Positions 7,303 to 15,330 of a stretch of DNA of 28,747 bases are shown piece after piece. How positions within the stretch are numbered: position 1 is the stretch's first letter; every line of letters starts with the position of its first letter. This DNA is from a virus (taxonomy: Duplodnaviria; Caudoviricetes): positions 1 through 28,747 of the IMG/VR virus record IMGVR_UViG_3300043442_000410; one strand, 5' to 3'. Under the pieces are notes generated by a model, which was not told the origin of the DNA, ran no database searches, and saw nothing but the letters and a program-made list of their open reading frames with translations. A program made the position numbers and the translations under genes.

Positions 7303-7695
7303 ATGAACATGCACATTCTTTCGGAGCACCAGTTCCAGCAGATCAAGACGGCGCTGGAGGCAGCTCGTACAGCCCTCGAAGCAAGCCAGCATATTGAGCT
7401 TGATCTGAGCAAGGGCAAGCAATCCATTCCCCTGCCCGCCGGCGAGAAGATCACCCGCAAGCCCCAGTCTCAAATTAAGACGCGTAAGTCCAGCCGCAAG
7501 GGGAAGCGTGGGGTGGCGTCGCTGAGTGAGGCGAAGGTGCTGGAGATCAAGCGCCAGCTGGCTGCGGGCGGTAAGTCGGTGGCCAAGATTGCTGATGAGT
7601 TTGGCGTCCACAGCACCACCATCAACAACATCAAGTGGGGCAAGACGTGGAAGAACGTTGTGCTCCAGCAGGAAGTTGTTGAGGCTGCTGCGTGA
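7303..7695 (+). CDS. HTH DNA-binding protein
   Basis: Basic linker then LSEAKVLEIKRQL...SVAKIADEFGVHSTTINNIKWGKTW, the HTH type found at the C-terminus of phage HNH endonucleases. TACACT at 7281-7286 upstream. Confidence 0.75.
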   Translation: MNMHILSEHQFQQIKTALEAARTALEASQHIELDLSKGKQSIPLPAGEKITRKPQSQIKTRKSSRKGKRGVASLSEAKVLEIKRQLAAGGKSVAKIADEFGVHSTTINNIKWGKTWKNVVLQQEVVEAAA

Positions 7696-8147
7696 AAAAA
7701 GCCACAAAACACGGACATGCTGCCGGCACATGGTCGCCCACATACCGTTCTTGGAGCAGTATGCGCGATCGATGCCGAAATCCGAAAAACCATCGTTTTC
7801 CGCATTATGGACAACGAGGCGTAACCGTATGTGCCCGCTGGAATGACTTTGAGTTGTTCTTAGCAGATATGGGAGAACGCCCTAAAGGAACAACCTTGGG
7901 GCGACTCAATGATACGGGTAACTATGAGCCCGGTAATTGTGCGTGGCAAACACCTGCTGAACAAGCAAAACGAGGATCTTCAAACGGACGCGCTTTGCTC
8001 ACAGAAGAGCAGGTTTTATGTATACGTGCGTTATACGCGCCTCATGCACGTAGGGGGTGCTCTTCTACAAATATGGCCAACGATTTACGTGTCGGTTTTG
8101 CTGTGATTGACCGGGTAGTGCGCAGAGAAACTTGGAGGCACATTTAA
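7692..8147 (+). CDS. HNH-like homing-endonuclease-family protein with C-terminal HTH
   Basis: PTYRSWSSMRDRC...YGQRGVTVCARW..FELFLADMGERP...GNYEPGNC.W.T..EQ family pattern; GTG start overlaps the upstream stop. Confidence 0.75.
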   Translation: MKKATKHGHAAGTWSPTYRSWSSMRDRCRNPKNHRFPHYGQRGVTVCARWNDFELFLADMGERPKGTTLGRLNDTGNYEPGNCAWQTPAEQAKRGSSNGRALLTEEQVLCIRALYAPHARRGCSSTNMANDLRVGFAVIDRVVRRETWRHI

Positions 8148-8659
8148 TGACGGTGCTTCCAGACGTGGAGATTCTGACCCTGGTTCGCCGGGGTCTTGTA
8201 ACTCCTTTTGATGATGCGCTGGTGAATCCAGCGAGTCTCGATGTGCGACTGGGCAGCAATCTGCTGATTGAGTTGCCGACGACGACTGATCTTGTGCCGT
8301 ACTCGATTGCCGAGTGCAGTAAGGACAAGCCTTACATGCTCCAGCCGCATGAGTTTGTGCTGGCCGAGACGCTGGAAGAGTTCAAGCTGCCAGACTGTAT
8401 TGCCGGGCAGCTGGCGCTTAAGTCCAGCCGGGCCAGGGAAGGGATTGAGCATTTGCTGGCAGGGTATGTCGATCCTGGGTATTGCGGCAGGTTGACGCTG
8501 GAGCTGCAGAATGCGCGGGTCATGCACCCTGTGCCGATCTGGCCGGGGATGCGAATTGCGCAGATTGTGTTCCATCGGCTGTCGATGTTGCCAGCGAAGG
8601 ACTACTCAATGACCGGGCGCTACTTCAACGACAAAACTGTGCAGGGGTCTAAAGGATGA
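8147..8659 (+). CDS. dcd: dCTP deaminase
   Basis: NPASLDVRLG, LKSSRAREG, VDPGYCGRLTLEL and GMRIAQIVF motifs; ATG 8147 in a TAATG overlap. Confidence 0.93.
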   Translation: MTVLPDVEILTLVRRGLVTPFDDALVNPASLDVRLGSNLLIELPTTTDLVPYSIAECSKDKPYMLQPHEFVLAETLEEFKLPDCIAGQLALKSSRAREGIEHLLAGYVDPGYCGRLTLELQNARVMHPVPIWPGMRIAQIVFHRLSMLPAKDYSMTGRYFNDKTVQGSKG

Positions 8660-8898
8660 CGGATAACGTCAACAGTCCCAGTCATTACACCAATGGCCGA
8701 GTTGAGGTTATTGATGTAATTGAGGATTGGGTGAGGCCGGCGCCTGATGCTGTAGTTGGTGGTCTGCATTGGCAGGTCATTAAGTACATCAGCCGGGCGT
8801 GGATTAAGAAGGATCCTCTTGAGGATTTCATGAAGGCTCGCTGGTACTTGAACCGGCTGATTAACACTTTGGCGACTGCTCCTTACCAAGATCGATGA
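8656..8898 (+). CDS. DUF3310 / T7 gp1.7-like putative nucleotide kinase
   Basis: DNVNSPSHYT..VEVIDVI...KY..RA..K...ED..KARWYL signature. Confidence 0.85.
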   Translation: MTDNVNSPSHYTNGRVEVIDVIEDWVRPAPDAVVGGLHWQVIKYISRAWIKKDPLEDFMKARWYLNRLINTLATAPYQDR

Positions 8899-9527
8899 AC
8901 GTTTCTTTTGTGCATTGCACACCAGCTGCACAAGAATTGATTGTGCAGATGGCCCGCGTGTCTAATCCAGACAACGCTGGGAATATGCAGACAGCTCCAA
9001 AGCTGTTGAGTTACCTGATTAAGCACGAGCACTGGAGCCCGTTTGAAATGGCTTCGTTGTGCGTCAAGATTGATACTGAGCGGGATATTGCGGCGCAGAT
9101 TCTGCGGCATCGCAGTTTCTCATTCCAGGAGTTTTCTACGCGCTATGCGAAGACAGTTCCTGCTGAAATGCCGTACCAGCGGCTGCAGGATCAGAAAAAT
9201 AGGCAGAACAGTATTGATGCTGTGGATCCGCTTGTGCAGCGGTACTGGCAGGATCGCTGTGGGCAACTTATCAGCGAGAGCTACAAGTTGTACCAGCTGC
9301 TGTTAGAGGGTGGGGCTGCTAAGGAGACGGCGCGGAGAATTTTGCCTCTGTGTACGCCAACCACGTTGTATATGCACGGGACATTGCGCAGCTGGATCCA
9401 CTACATCTGTTTGCGAACAGCGAATGGGACGCAGTGGGAGCACCAGCAGATTGCCCTGGAGTGCATGAGGATTTTTACAGATAAGTTTCCTTTTATTGCG
9501 GAGGCAGCGTTCGATGCAGTGTCCTGA
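8895..9527 (+). CDS. thyX: FAD-dependent thymidylate synthase
   Basis: ARVS, HWSPFE, QILRHRSFSFQEFSTRY (RHRx7S), KETARRILP, AN.TQWEH. Confidence 0.96.
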   Translation: MNVSFVHCTPAAQELIVQMARVSNPDNAGNMQTAPKLLSYLIKHEHWSPFEMASLCVKIDTERDIAAQILRHRSFSFQEFSTRYAKTVPAEMPYQRLQDQKNRQNSIDAVDPLVQRYWQDRCGQLISESYKLYQLLLEGGAAKETARRILPLCTPTTLYMHGTLRSWIHYICLRTANGTQWEHQQIALECMRIFTDKFPFIAEAAFDAVS

Positions 9528-9747
9528 GTGCGGGTCTTCCCAGATAGGTACTTACCGCAGTTGTCATGACACTGTGGAGACAATTACTAGGCAGAGAAGG
9601 TGTCGTGTATGTAAGCACAAGTTCCATACAGTTGAAATTGAGCTGCCGGCTAATGCTGTTAAGTTCAAGCAGACGTATACAGAAGAGGGAAAAGTTAAAG
9701 TTGTGATGCAGCGTAGTGTTAAGCACTCTTATGTAAAATTTTCATGA
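9514..9747 (+). CDS. NrdR-like Zn-ribbon protein lacking the ATP-cone (77 aa)
   Basis: MQCPECG...S......ITRQRRCRVCKHKFHTVE resembles the NrdR N-terminus M.CP.C...DSR...RRRREC..C..RFTT.E. Confidence 0.7.
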   Translation: MQCPECGSSQIGTYRSCHDTVETITRQRRCRVCKHKFHTVEIELPANAVKFKQTYTEEGKVKVVMQRSVKHSYVKFS

Positions 9748-10019
9748 AAACTACGACACTTAATAGGCGGCAATGTATTGAGTGCGGTAGGCCGATTGCA
9801 AGTGCTCTGTACTGTTTTCGCTGCTATAAGAAAACTCCAGCTGGTAAAGAAGATCGGCAGCGCGAGCAGATGCGTCGTAAGTATCCGCCTTTGGAGGATG
9901 GGGGCGTATGCAGAAACTGCATACAGTGGCAGTATCGGTGTTTGCTGGGGATTCCAGAGGCTGGGACGGTGCTGGCGGAGCTGTGCTCGGCGCGGGAGGT
10001 TGACACTGTGCTAGAGTAG
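9744..10019 (+). CDS. Cys-rich putative double Zn-finger protein
   Basis: CIEC...CFRC and CRNC..W...C...C; ATGA overlap. Confidence 0.7.
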   Translation: MKTTTLNRRQCIECGRPIASALYCFRCYKKTPAGKEDRQREQMRRKYPPLEDGGVCRNCIQWQYRCLLGIPEAGTVLAELCSAREVDTVLE

Positions 10020-10063
10020 AGGCAACATAACAGCCGTTATGTTCCAACTTCGCCCTACCAGGC

Positions 10064-11890
10064 ATGGATTTTCTTTTTGGGATTGAGCACCTCTCCACTT
10101 TGGAGGGGGCCACTACTGTGGCATTTGACGTGGAGACGACCGGGCTCCAGCCGACTTTCGGGGGGCTCCGGTTGCTCCAGTTGGCGACCTATGGCAAGCC
10201 GCCGGTGGTCATCGATTGTTTTCAGTTGGATGACAACGACTGGATTGAGCTGGAGGAGTTCTTCCAAGTGGGGCGCCGCTGGATTGCCCACAATGCGGTG
10301 TTCGATCTGGGCTGGCTGCAGGAGTACGAGATTTATCCGGCGGGCAAGGTGCTCTGCACCATGCTGGCTAGCCGGGTTCTCACCAACGGGATGCCCAACC
10401 TGAAGCACGGTCTTCAGTACGTGGTAAAGCGGTATCTCAAGCAAGAGATTTCCAAGGAAGAACAGCGGAGTGACTGGTCAGGCGATCTGACTGCTAGCCA
10501 GCTGGCCTATGCCGCCAAAGACGTGGTGGTGTTGACAGAGCTGGAGCGCGAGGTCATGGAGCGTATGGCGATTGGGGGGCTTGCTCCAGCGTGGTACTTG
10601 GAGTGCAATGCGCTTCCGGCAATGGCGCAGCTGTGGCGCACAGGGTTGCCGTTCAATAAACAGTCGCTCCAGCAGCTGATTGAGGACTTGGATATTGAGC
10701 ACAGGGAGATTGGGGATAAGTTCATTGAGGACTTTGACGCCGCACTTCCACCTGGGTTCAAGTTGTTTAGAGGGCCGGATGGCAGGTTGAAGTACCAGAC
10801 AAAGCCGAGTGAGAAGAAAACAAAACCTGACTCGCAGGTGTTCAATCTCAATAGTCCGGCGCAGTTGCTGGTGAAGTTTTCGGCATTGCTGGGTGAAGCG
10901 CCTATTGATCCGAAGACGAATAAGCCGAGCGCCAGTCGATCTGCCTTGCAGGAATACATTGGCGACCACAGGATTATTGCGGACTATTTGCGGTGGAAGC
11001 GTGTAGAGAAGCGGCGCCAGATGGCTGAGACTTTGCTGAAGAATGTTGCGGATGACGGGTTTATTCGTGCCAGTTATTTGCAGCTTGGAGCTGATACGGG
11101 GCGTATGAGTTGTATGAGTCCGAATCTTCAGCAGATTCCGAGGGATCAGCGGTTTAGGGCGTGTGTGCAAGCTCCGGCTGGATGGAAGATGGTGGTGGCG
11201 GACTTTGCGCAGATGGAGTTGCGGCTGGCGGCTGCAGAAGCTCAAGACGAGCTTATGACTCAGGCGTTCCAGGACGGGAAAGACCTGCATACGATTACCG
11301 CGATGCAGATTTATGGGGTCAGTGAGGATGAGGTTACAAAGGAGCAGCGCCAGGTTAGTAAGAGCGCAAACTTCGGATTGTTGTATGGATCGGGTGCAAG
11401 AGGACTCAGGAATTACGCGGCAGGAATGGGTATCCAGATGGATCTTGATGAGGCGGCGGAAGTCCGCGAAAAGTTCCATGCTGCATATAAGGGCATCAGC
11501 CAATGGCAGCGCTCAAATGCTGCACTTGCTAATGCGCCTGCGAAGAATCCATTTGTCGCGGTCCGTGTTTCGGGGCTCCGGCGGTTTTTACCGGGAGAAC
11601 ACAACAAACTCACCACGCGCTGTAACACCCCAATCCAAGGCGCTGGTGCAGCCGTGCTCAAACATACGCTCGGCAAATTGTGGCCGTTACTTAGGGCCGA
11701 TGGGGAAGATGTTGTGCAGTTGGCCGGCGTGGTGCATGACGAAATTATCTTGCTCGTCGTAGAGGAACATGCCGAAACTTGGGCTAATCAGCTCCAGTCG
11801 GTGATGGAGGCGGCTGAAGCTATGTGGTTGGGCGAGATTCCGCCGCTTGCCGAGGCTAAGGTCGGGGATAGCTGGGATCAGGCAAAGTGA
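10064..11890 (+). CDS. polA: Family A DNA polymerase (3'-5' exonuclease + polymerase; no 5' nuclease)
   Basis: ExoI DVETTG, ExoII HNAVFD, ExoIII YAAKD; TGRMS...PNLQQIP; motif A DFAQMELR, motif B RQVSKSANFGLLYG, motif C VHDE. Confidence 0.97.
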   Translation: MDFLFGIEHLSTLEGATTVAFDVETTGLQPTFGGLRLLQLATYGKPPVVIDCFQLDDNDWIELEEFFQVGRRWIAHNAVFDLGWLQEYEIYPAGKVLCTMLASRVLTNGMPNLKHGLQYVVKRYLKQEISKEEQRSDWSGDLTASQLAYAAKDVVVLTELEREVMERMAIGGLAPAWYLECNALPAMAQLWRTGLPFNKQSLQQLIEDLDIEHREIGDKFIEDFDAALPPGFKLFRGPDGRLKYQTKPSEKKTKPDSQVFNLNSPAQLLVKFSALLGEAPIDPKTNKPSASRSALQEYIGDHRIIADYLRWKRVEKRRQMAETLLKNVADDGFIRASYLQLGADTGRMSCMSPNLQQIPRDQRFRACVQAPAGWKMVVADFAQMELRLAAAEAQDELMTQAFQDGKDLHTITAMQIYGVSEDEVTKEQRQVSKSANFGLLYGSGARGLRNYAAGMGIQMDLDEAAEVREKFHAAYKGISQWQRSNAALANAPAKNPFVAVRVSGLRRFLPGEHNKLTTRCNTPIQGAGAAVLKHTLGKLWPLLRADGEDVVQLAGVVHDEIILLVVEEHAETWANQLQSVMEAAEAMWLGEIPPLAEAKVGDSWDQAK

Positions 11891-12054
11891 CCGTCGATGT
11901 CGAGTATCGGGTTCGGCTGTACCAGCGGCATGGTCCGATGCACGACATTTTTGTTATCGCTCCAGACGCCTTCACTGCACGGCAAAAGGCGCTGGAGCTT
12001 TGTCCTGAGCAGTACGTGCAGTCGATCTTGCGAGTCTCAGAGTTAGACGCATGA
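11887..12054 (+). CDS. Hypothetical protein (55 aa, MTVDVEYRVRLYQRHG...), not in ORF track
   Basis: GTGA overlap with the polA stop and ATGA overlap with the next gene; the frame exactly fills the gap. Confidence 0.7.
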   Translation: MTVDVEYRVRLYQRHGPMHDIFVIAPDAFTARQKALELCPEQYVQSILRVSELDA

Positions 12055-12260
12055 GTCGCAGCCGCACGGGAAGGGAGTTGGTGATGGAGTGGTTGATGCG
12101 GGAGGTGCGCCAGGCCAAGACGGCGGATTTGCAGAGGGCTGCCGATTTCTTGGAGTGGGCGCGGGCGGTTAGGCAGGGGTGTTCCAGGCAGAGGGCTGGG
12201 GCACGGAGGGCGCAGTCGAATGCGTGGCGGAAGGGGGTGGATCAGGACGTTCGCTGGTAG
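12051..12260 (+). CDS. Hypothetical basic protein (69 aa)
   Basis: Coupled ORF, Arg-rich. Confidence 0.7.
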   Translation: MSRSRTGRELVMEWLMREVRQAKTADLQRAADFLEWARAVRQGCSRQRAGARRAQSNAWRKGVDQDVRW

Positions 12261-12310
12261 GTCTAGTGTGTCGCAGTATGCTACTGTGTAAGAGATTACA
12301 CGGGTCGGTC

Positions 12311-12586
12311 ATGCCGCTGCGCCACGGACAGAAGGTGTACTGCCAGCTGTTGCTGGATATGAACCGGTACAAGCTGGCCGAAGAGCTGGCGGCCCAAGAG
12401 GGGAAAAAAGTGACCGGGATGCTACGTGAAATGGTGTATACGGCACTTGAAAAAGCTCTGCCGGCCTCGGATTACAAGGCTGCAGAGGCTGCGGATCGAG
12501 CGGCCTGGGCGGAGTCGGTGCAGCGGCGGGTGCAGGGAAGAATGCGCTCCAAGCAACAGCCAGGTGAGTCAGAACAAGACGCATGA
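12311..12586 (+). CDS. Putative RHH-like DNA-binding protein (91 aa)
   Basis: ATG 12311 avoids overlap with the upstream gene; YCQLLLD..RYKLAEELAAQEGKKVTGMLREMV is RHH-like. Confidence 0.6.
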   Translation: MPLRHGQKVYCQLLLDMNRYKLAEELAAQEGKKVTGMLREMVYTALEKALPASDYKAAEAADRAAWAESVQRRVQGRMRSKQQPGESEQDA

Positions 12587-12664
12587 GGCTTAGTCAGATT
12601 TGTTCATAGTCTGATGGGAATCAGGAAAAGCCATTAAGGTTGCACAGTAGTCAGCAAGGTTGCT

Positions 12665-12880
12665 GTGACGCGCTATGTGGTGATGGCCGGGGATCGCTGG
12701 GTGACAGCGGTGTATGGGCCAGGGACTGGTATCGGTCTGACGGCCAATAAGGATGATGCTTCCAGCTGGGTCACGTATGAACGGGCGGTGGCTGCCGCGA
12801 AGGCTGTGATGGAATGCACCACCAGTCCGGTGTTTGTACACAGCGTGGAGGAGCCGGCTTATCCCAGGTCGTGGAATTGA
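12665..12880 (+). CDS. Hypothetical protein (71 aa, GTG start)
   Basis: Coupled to the next gene by TGATG. Confidence 0.7.
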   Translation: MTRYVVMAGDRWVTAVYGPGTGIGLTANKDDASSWVTYERAVAAAKAVMECTTSPVFVHSVEEPAYPRSWN

Positions 12881-13299
12881 TGCCCAGCTTTGAGTTGTTG
12901 ATCTGGCTGCCGGGCAGAGGAGGATTGAGGCAGCTTGTGCGGGCAGATTCTCTGGAGCGGGCGCTGCAGATTGCGCAGTACAAGTGGCCCGGATCGAAGA
13001 TTGAGATTCCGCCGCCGGTAGCCAAGAAACCTAAGCTGGTGCGTTCCAGGACGTGTCCGCGAGCCGCTGCCAGGACACGAGCAAAACTACTACAGGAGAA
13101 ACAGATGAAGACTCAGCCGGCCCAGTGGGCGCAGGATGCTTGGGCGCGTGTGCAAGCAGATCAGGCCCGAGTTGACTTTCTTGAGAAGTTGTACTTTGAG
13201 TACGGACGCGATAAAGAAGGGCATCCGCTCCACTCAACCTATACGGGGTTGTATTTGGAGTATTTGGATCAGATGAATCTGGAGCACCTGAAGGGTTAG
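12880..13299 (+). CDS. Hypothetical two-part protein (139 aa) with internal SD-led ATG at 13105
   Basis: ATG 12880 overlaps the upstream stop; AGGAG precedes in-frame ATG 13105. Confidence 0.65.
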   Translation: MPSFELLIWLPGRGGLRQLVRADSLERALQIAQYKWPGSKIEIPPPVAKKPKLVRSRTCPRAAARTRAKLLQEKQMKTQPAQWAQDAWARVQADQARVDFLEKLYFEYGRDKEGHPLHSTYTGLYLEYLDQMNLEHLKG

Positions 13300-13517
13300 G
13301 CCGAGTCGCGGTCCATGCCGAAACGCTCGGTCAGGTTGTTCGCGGCTTCGCGGATGGCCCAGGCCGACTTTGTGCGTTCTAGCTGGTGCAGAGTGTTGAG
13401 GACGAGGGCGGCTTCGAGTAGACCGCGATAGTCGCCAGAGTTGAAGCGGTCAACCAACCATTGGTCGGTGGCCGCCTTGTGGAACTGGGACTCGGTGCTG
13501 TGCTCAATGGGACGCAT
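13296..13517 (-). CDS. Hypothetical protein (73 aa), last gene of the late arm
   Basis: Its stop codon overlaps the stop of the convergent + gene. Confidence 0.7.
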   Translation of the reverse strand: MRPIEHSTESQFHKAATDQWLVDRFNSGDYRGLLEAALVLNTLHQLERTKSAWAIREAANNLTERFGMDRDSA

Positions 13518-13983
13518 GGAGTAGTAGTGCGTGTTCTCTACACACTATGGCGGCTTCTCGAGTTTCAAATAGTCCTAGATAAACACGTTTTCCATTTCTT
13601 TGTAATCGCGCCACCCACTTACCTGTGGCTTTATGGAAACTAACTCCAGCTTTGTATGTTTTATTGGTTGCTTGCAAGTAGTCATCCGCTAAACGCAAGT
13701 TTTTCCAGCTATTGTCGAAGGGATTCTGATTTATGTGGTCAATACTTAATTCAGGATCTTCTTCAGTCATTATTCGCCAAGCAAGTCGGTGAGCTGGGTA
13801 TTGAATACTTTCCACTGTAACAAGAATTAACCAGGGTTTACCGCCGCGTCTAGTACGTTTATGACCAGCAATTAAACCTGTTTTATGTCCTGTTCTATAC
13901 ATAAAATCTCCTGTCGCAGGGTAATAAATATAGTATTTTTTGATTACATCCGCAGGCGGCAGTGGTCTAAAGTTGGTGGGCAC
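13504..13983 (-). CDS. HNH-AP2 homing endonuclease
   Basis: AHRLAW...IDHINQNPFDNSWKNLR (HNH) followed by GVSFHKATGKWVARLQRNGKRVYLGLFET (AP2). Visibly more AT-rich than its flanks. Confidence 0.9.
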   Translation of the reverse strand: MPTNFRPLPPADVIKKYYIYYPATGDFMYRTGHKTGLIAGHKRTRRGGKPWLILVTVESIQYPAHRLAWRIMTEEDPELSIDHINQNPFDNSWKNLRLADDYLQATNKTYKAGVSFHKATGKWVARLQRNGKRVYLGLFETREAAIVCREHALLLHASH

Positions 13984-14015
13984 TCGGATTTACCATGGGT
14001 CATTAGCAGTTTAGT

Positions 14016-15143
14016 TTACCTGGAACGTACCCGCAACCACCAGCCGGTGTCGTTACCGTCAACAAGCCAGCGGGGTAGCCAGTTTTTGCGTGAATACGCA
14101 ACATTTGCTCCGCCTTTGTGGCTTGTGTAACCCCCATGTACTAAATCCGCTTCCCCATTAGGGTCGCAATGAATAAAATGTGTCGGGGTAAATCCAGCGA
14201 TGACGCTCCAGTGACCTGTGCCTGAAGGATCTGAGGCAGGGCCTTTGTGGAGCCAACCGACTGGTACGGGGCAGCCAGCGGTAATCTCGTTTTCGAGGTC
14301 TTCGGCTGTGCCATCCATTTCGAAGGTGGCGGTTAGTCCCAGGGCTTTGAGGGCAGCAAGTTGGGCTTTGGGATCGGTGGTATCGCCGAAGCGGGCGCGG
14401 AGTTTGTTGTACTCGTAGTCGCCAGAAATCTTGCCGTAGTAGCGGGCAACCATTGCGCAGCTGGAGCTAAAGCACTGGCGATAACCCGTTGCTCCATCGT
14501 CAGGGCCGAGTTGGTATTCGTATGGGACTTTGAGGATTTTTTCGCGTGGTTTGACCGGCGGGTCTGTTCCAGCGTGTTGATCCATCAGAGCAATCAGCTT
14601 GCCGGCGTAGTTGGGATCGGTGGCGTAGTTTTCTTTGATTAGCCACTTCGCGGCCTCTTCACGGGTGGCGGCGTTGTTGCATCCCTTGTATTGCTTGTAG
14701 TCCTTGTACCAGTGATCTACGAGATAGATGACGCAAGAGAGGAGATCGGGAAAATCAATGAAGGTGTCGGTGATTGTGACCCACTGATTGTTGATGAACT
14801 CTTGAGTGGTGGTGGCGCTGCCGGTGCCCTTCAGTCCGAAAAAGTTGTTTCTGCCGGAAACGAGTTTTCCGTAGCTGGATTCCAGTGCCCACTGGGCAGC
14901 AACCAGTTCGGGGAATTTGGCGCCGGCGACACGGGCGGCTTCGAGCACGCCTTCCCAGGTGTTGGGGAACTCGGTCTGTTTGCCGGCCACACTCCAGGTT
15001 TTGAACCAGCCCTGATCGCGGCCGAGGATATGAGGGTTGGCCTTGTCGATAGCAGCTTCCAGTTCCGTGATTGCTGCCAGTTGGTGGGGCAGTGCGCGGT
15101 AGTACCGGAAGAGGTCAGCTAGGCGGATCTTGTTTGTGGCCAT
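14016..15143 (-). CDS. Endolysin: short N-terminal domain + GH73 glucosaminidase-like + C39-like cysteine peptidase
   Basis: AAQWALESSYG, NNFFGLK, YATDPNY (GH73). QCFSSSCAM, GHWSV and DP give the C39 Cys-His-Asp. Likely start MATNK at 15143. Confidence 0.85.
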   Translation of the reverse strand: MATNKIRLADLFRYYRALPHQLAAITELEAAIDKANPHILGRDQGWFKTWSVAGKQTEFPNTWEGVLEAARVAGAKFPELVAAQWALESSYGKLVSGRNNFFGLKGTGSATTTQEFINNQWVTITDTFIDFPDLLSCVIYLVDHWYKDYKQYKGCNNAATREEAAKWLIKENYATDPNYAGKLIALMDQHAGTDPPVKPREKILKVPYEYQLGPDDGATGYRQCFSSSCAMVARYYGKISGDYEYNKLRARFGDTTDPKAQLAALKALGLTATFEMDGTAEDLENEITAGCPVPVGWLHKGPASDPSGTGHWSVIAGFTPTHFIHCDPNGEADLVHGGYTSHKGGANVAYSRKNWLPRWLVDGNDTGWWLRVRSR

Positions 15144-15330
15144 CGGACCAGGGGGCATGGATGCTCATGGCGCCGCCCAGTAAGCGGCTGTCTCCGGTCT
15201 GCAGCTCTGGGTCGATGGGGTGATCGAGAACGACAGGTGGCGGAAGGTCGGGCGGTTGGGAGGCGTGCCAGTCTTGGATGGAGCGCTCCAGCTGAATAGA
15301 GCGCTCCTGTCTGGCAATCAGCGCTTTGGG
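15115..15330 (-). CDS. Start-less -1 frame extension of the holin-like gene (predicted programmed frameshift product, ~114 aa fusion)
   Basis: Open frame PKALIARQERSIQLERSIQDWHASQPP...DSRLLGGAMSIHAPWSDGHKQDPPS*. No ATG/GTG/TTG until near its end. Entered via C CCA AAG (15330-15324). Confidence 0.65.
   Translation of the reverse strand, partial: PKALIARQERSIQLERSIQDWHASQPPDLPPPVVLDHPIDPELQTGDSRLLGGAMSIHAPWSDGHKQDPPS

Noticed and set aside
8895-11890. Intron or intein in thyX or polA
   Set aside because: Both frames are continuous, of normal length, with motifs at expected spacing; the HNH genes are free-standing.
1-13299. Z-genome (2-aminoadenine) or other base-modification system
   Set aside because: A PrimPol and a PolA are present, but I recognised no PurZ, DatZ, MazZ, glycosyltransferase or queuosine-pathway gene in this window.
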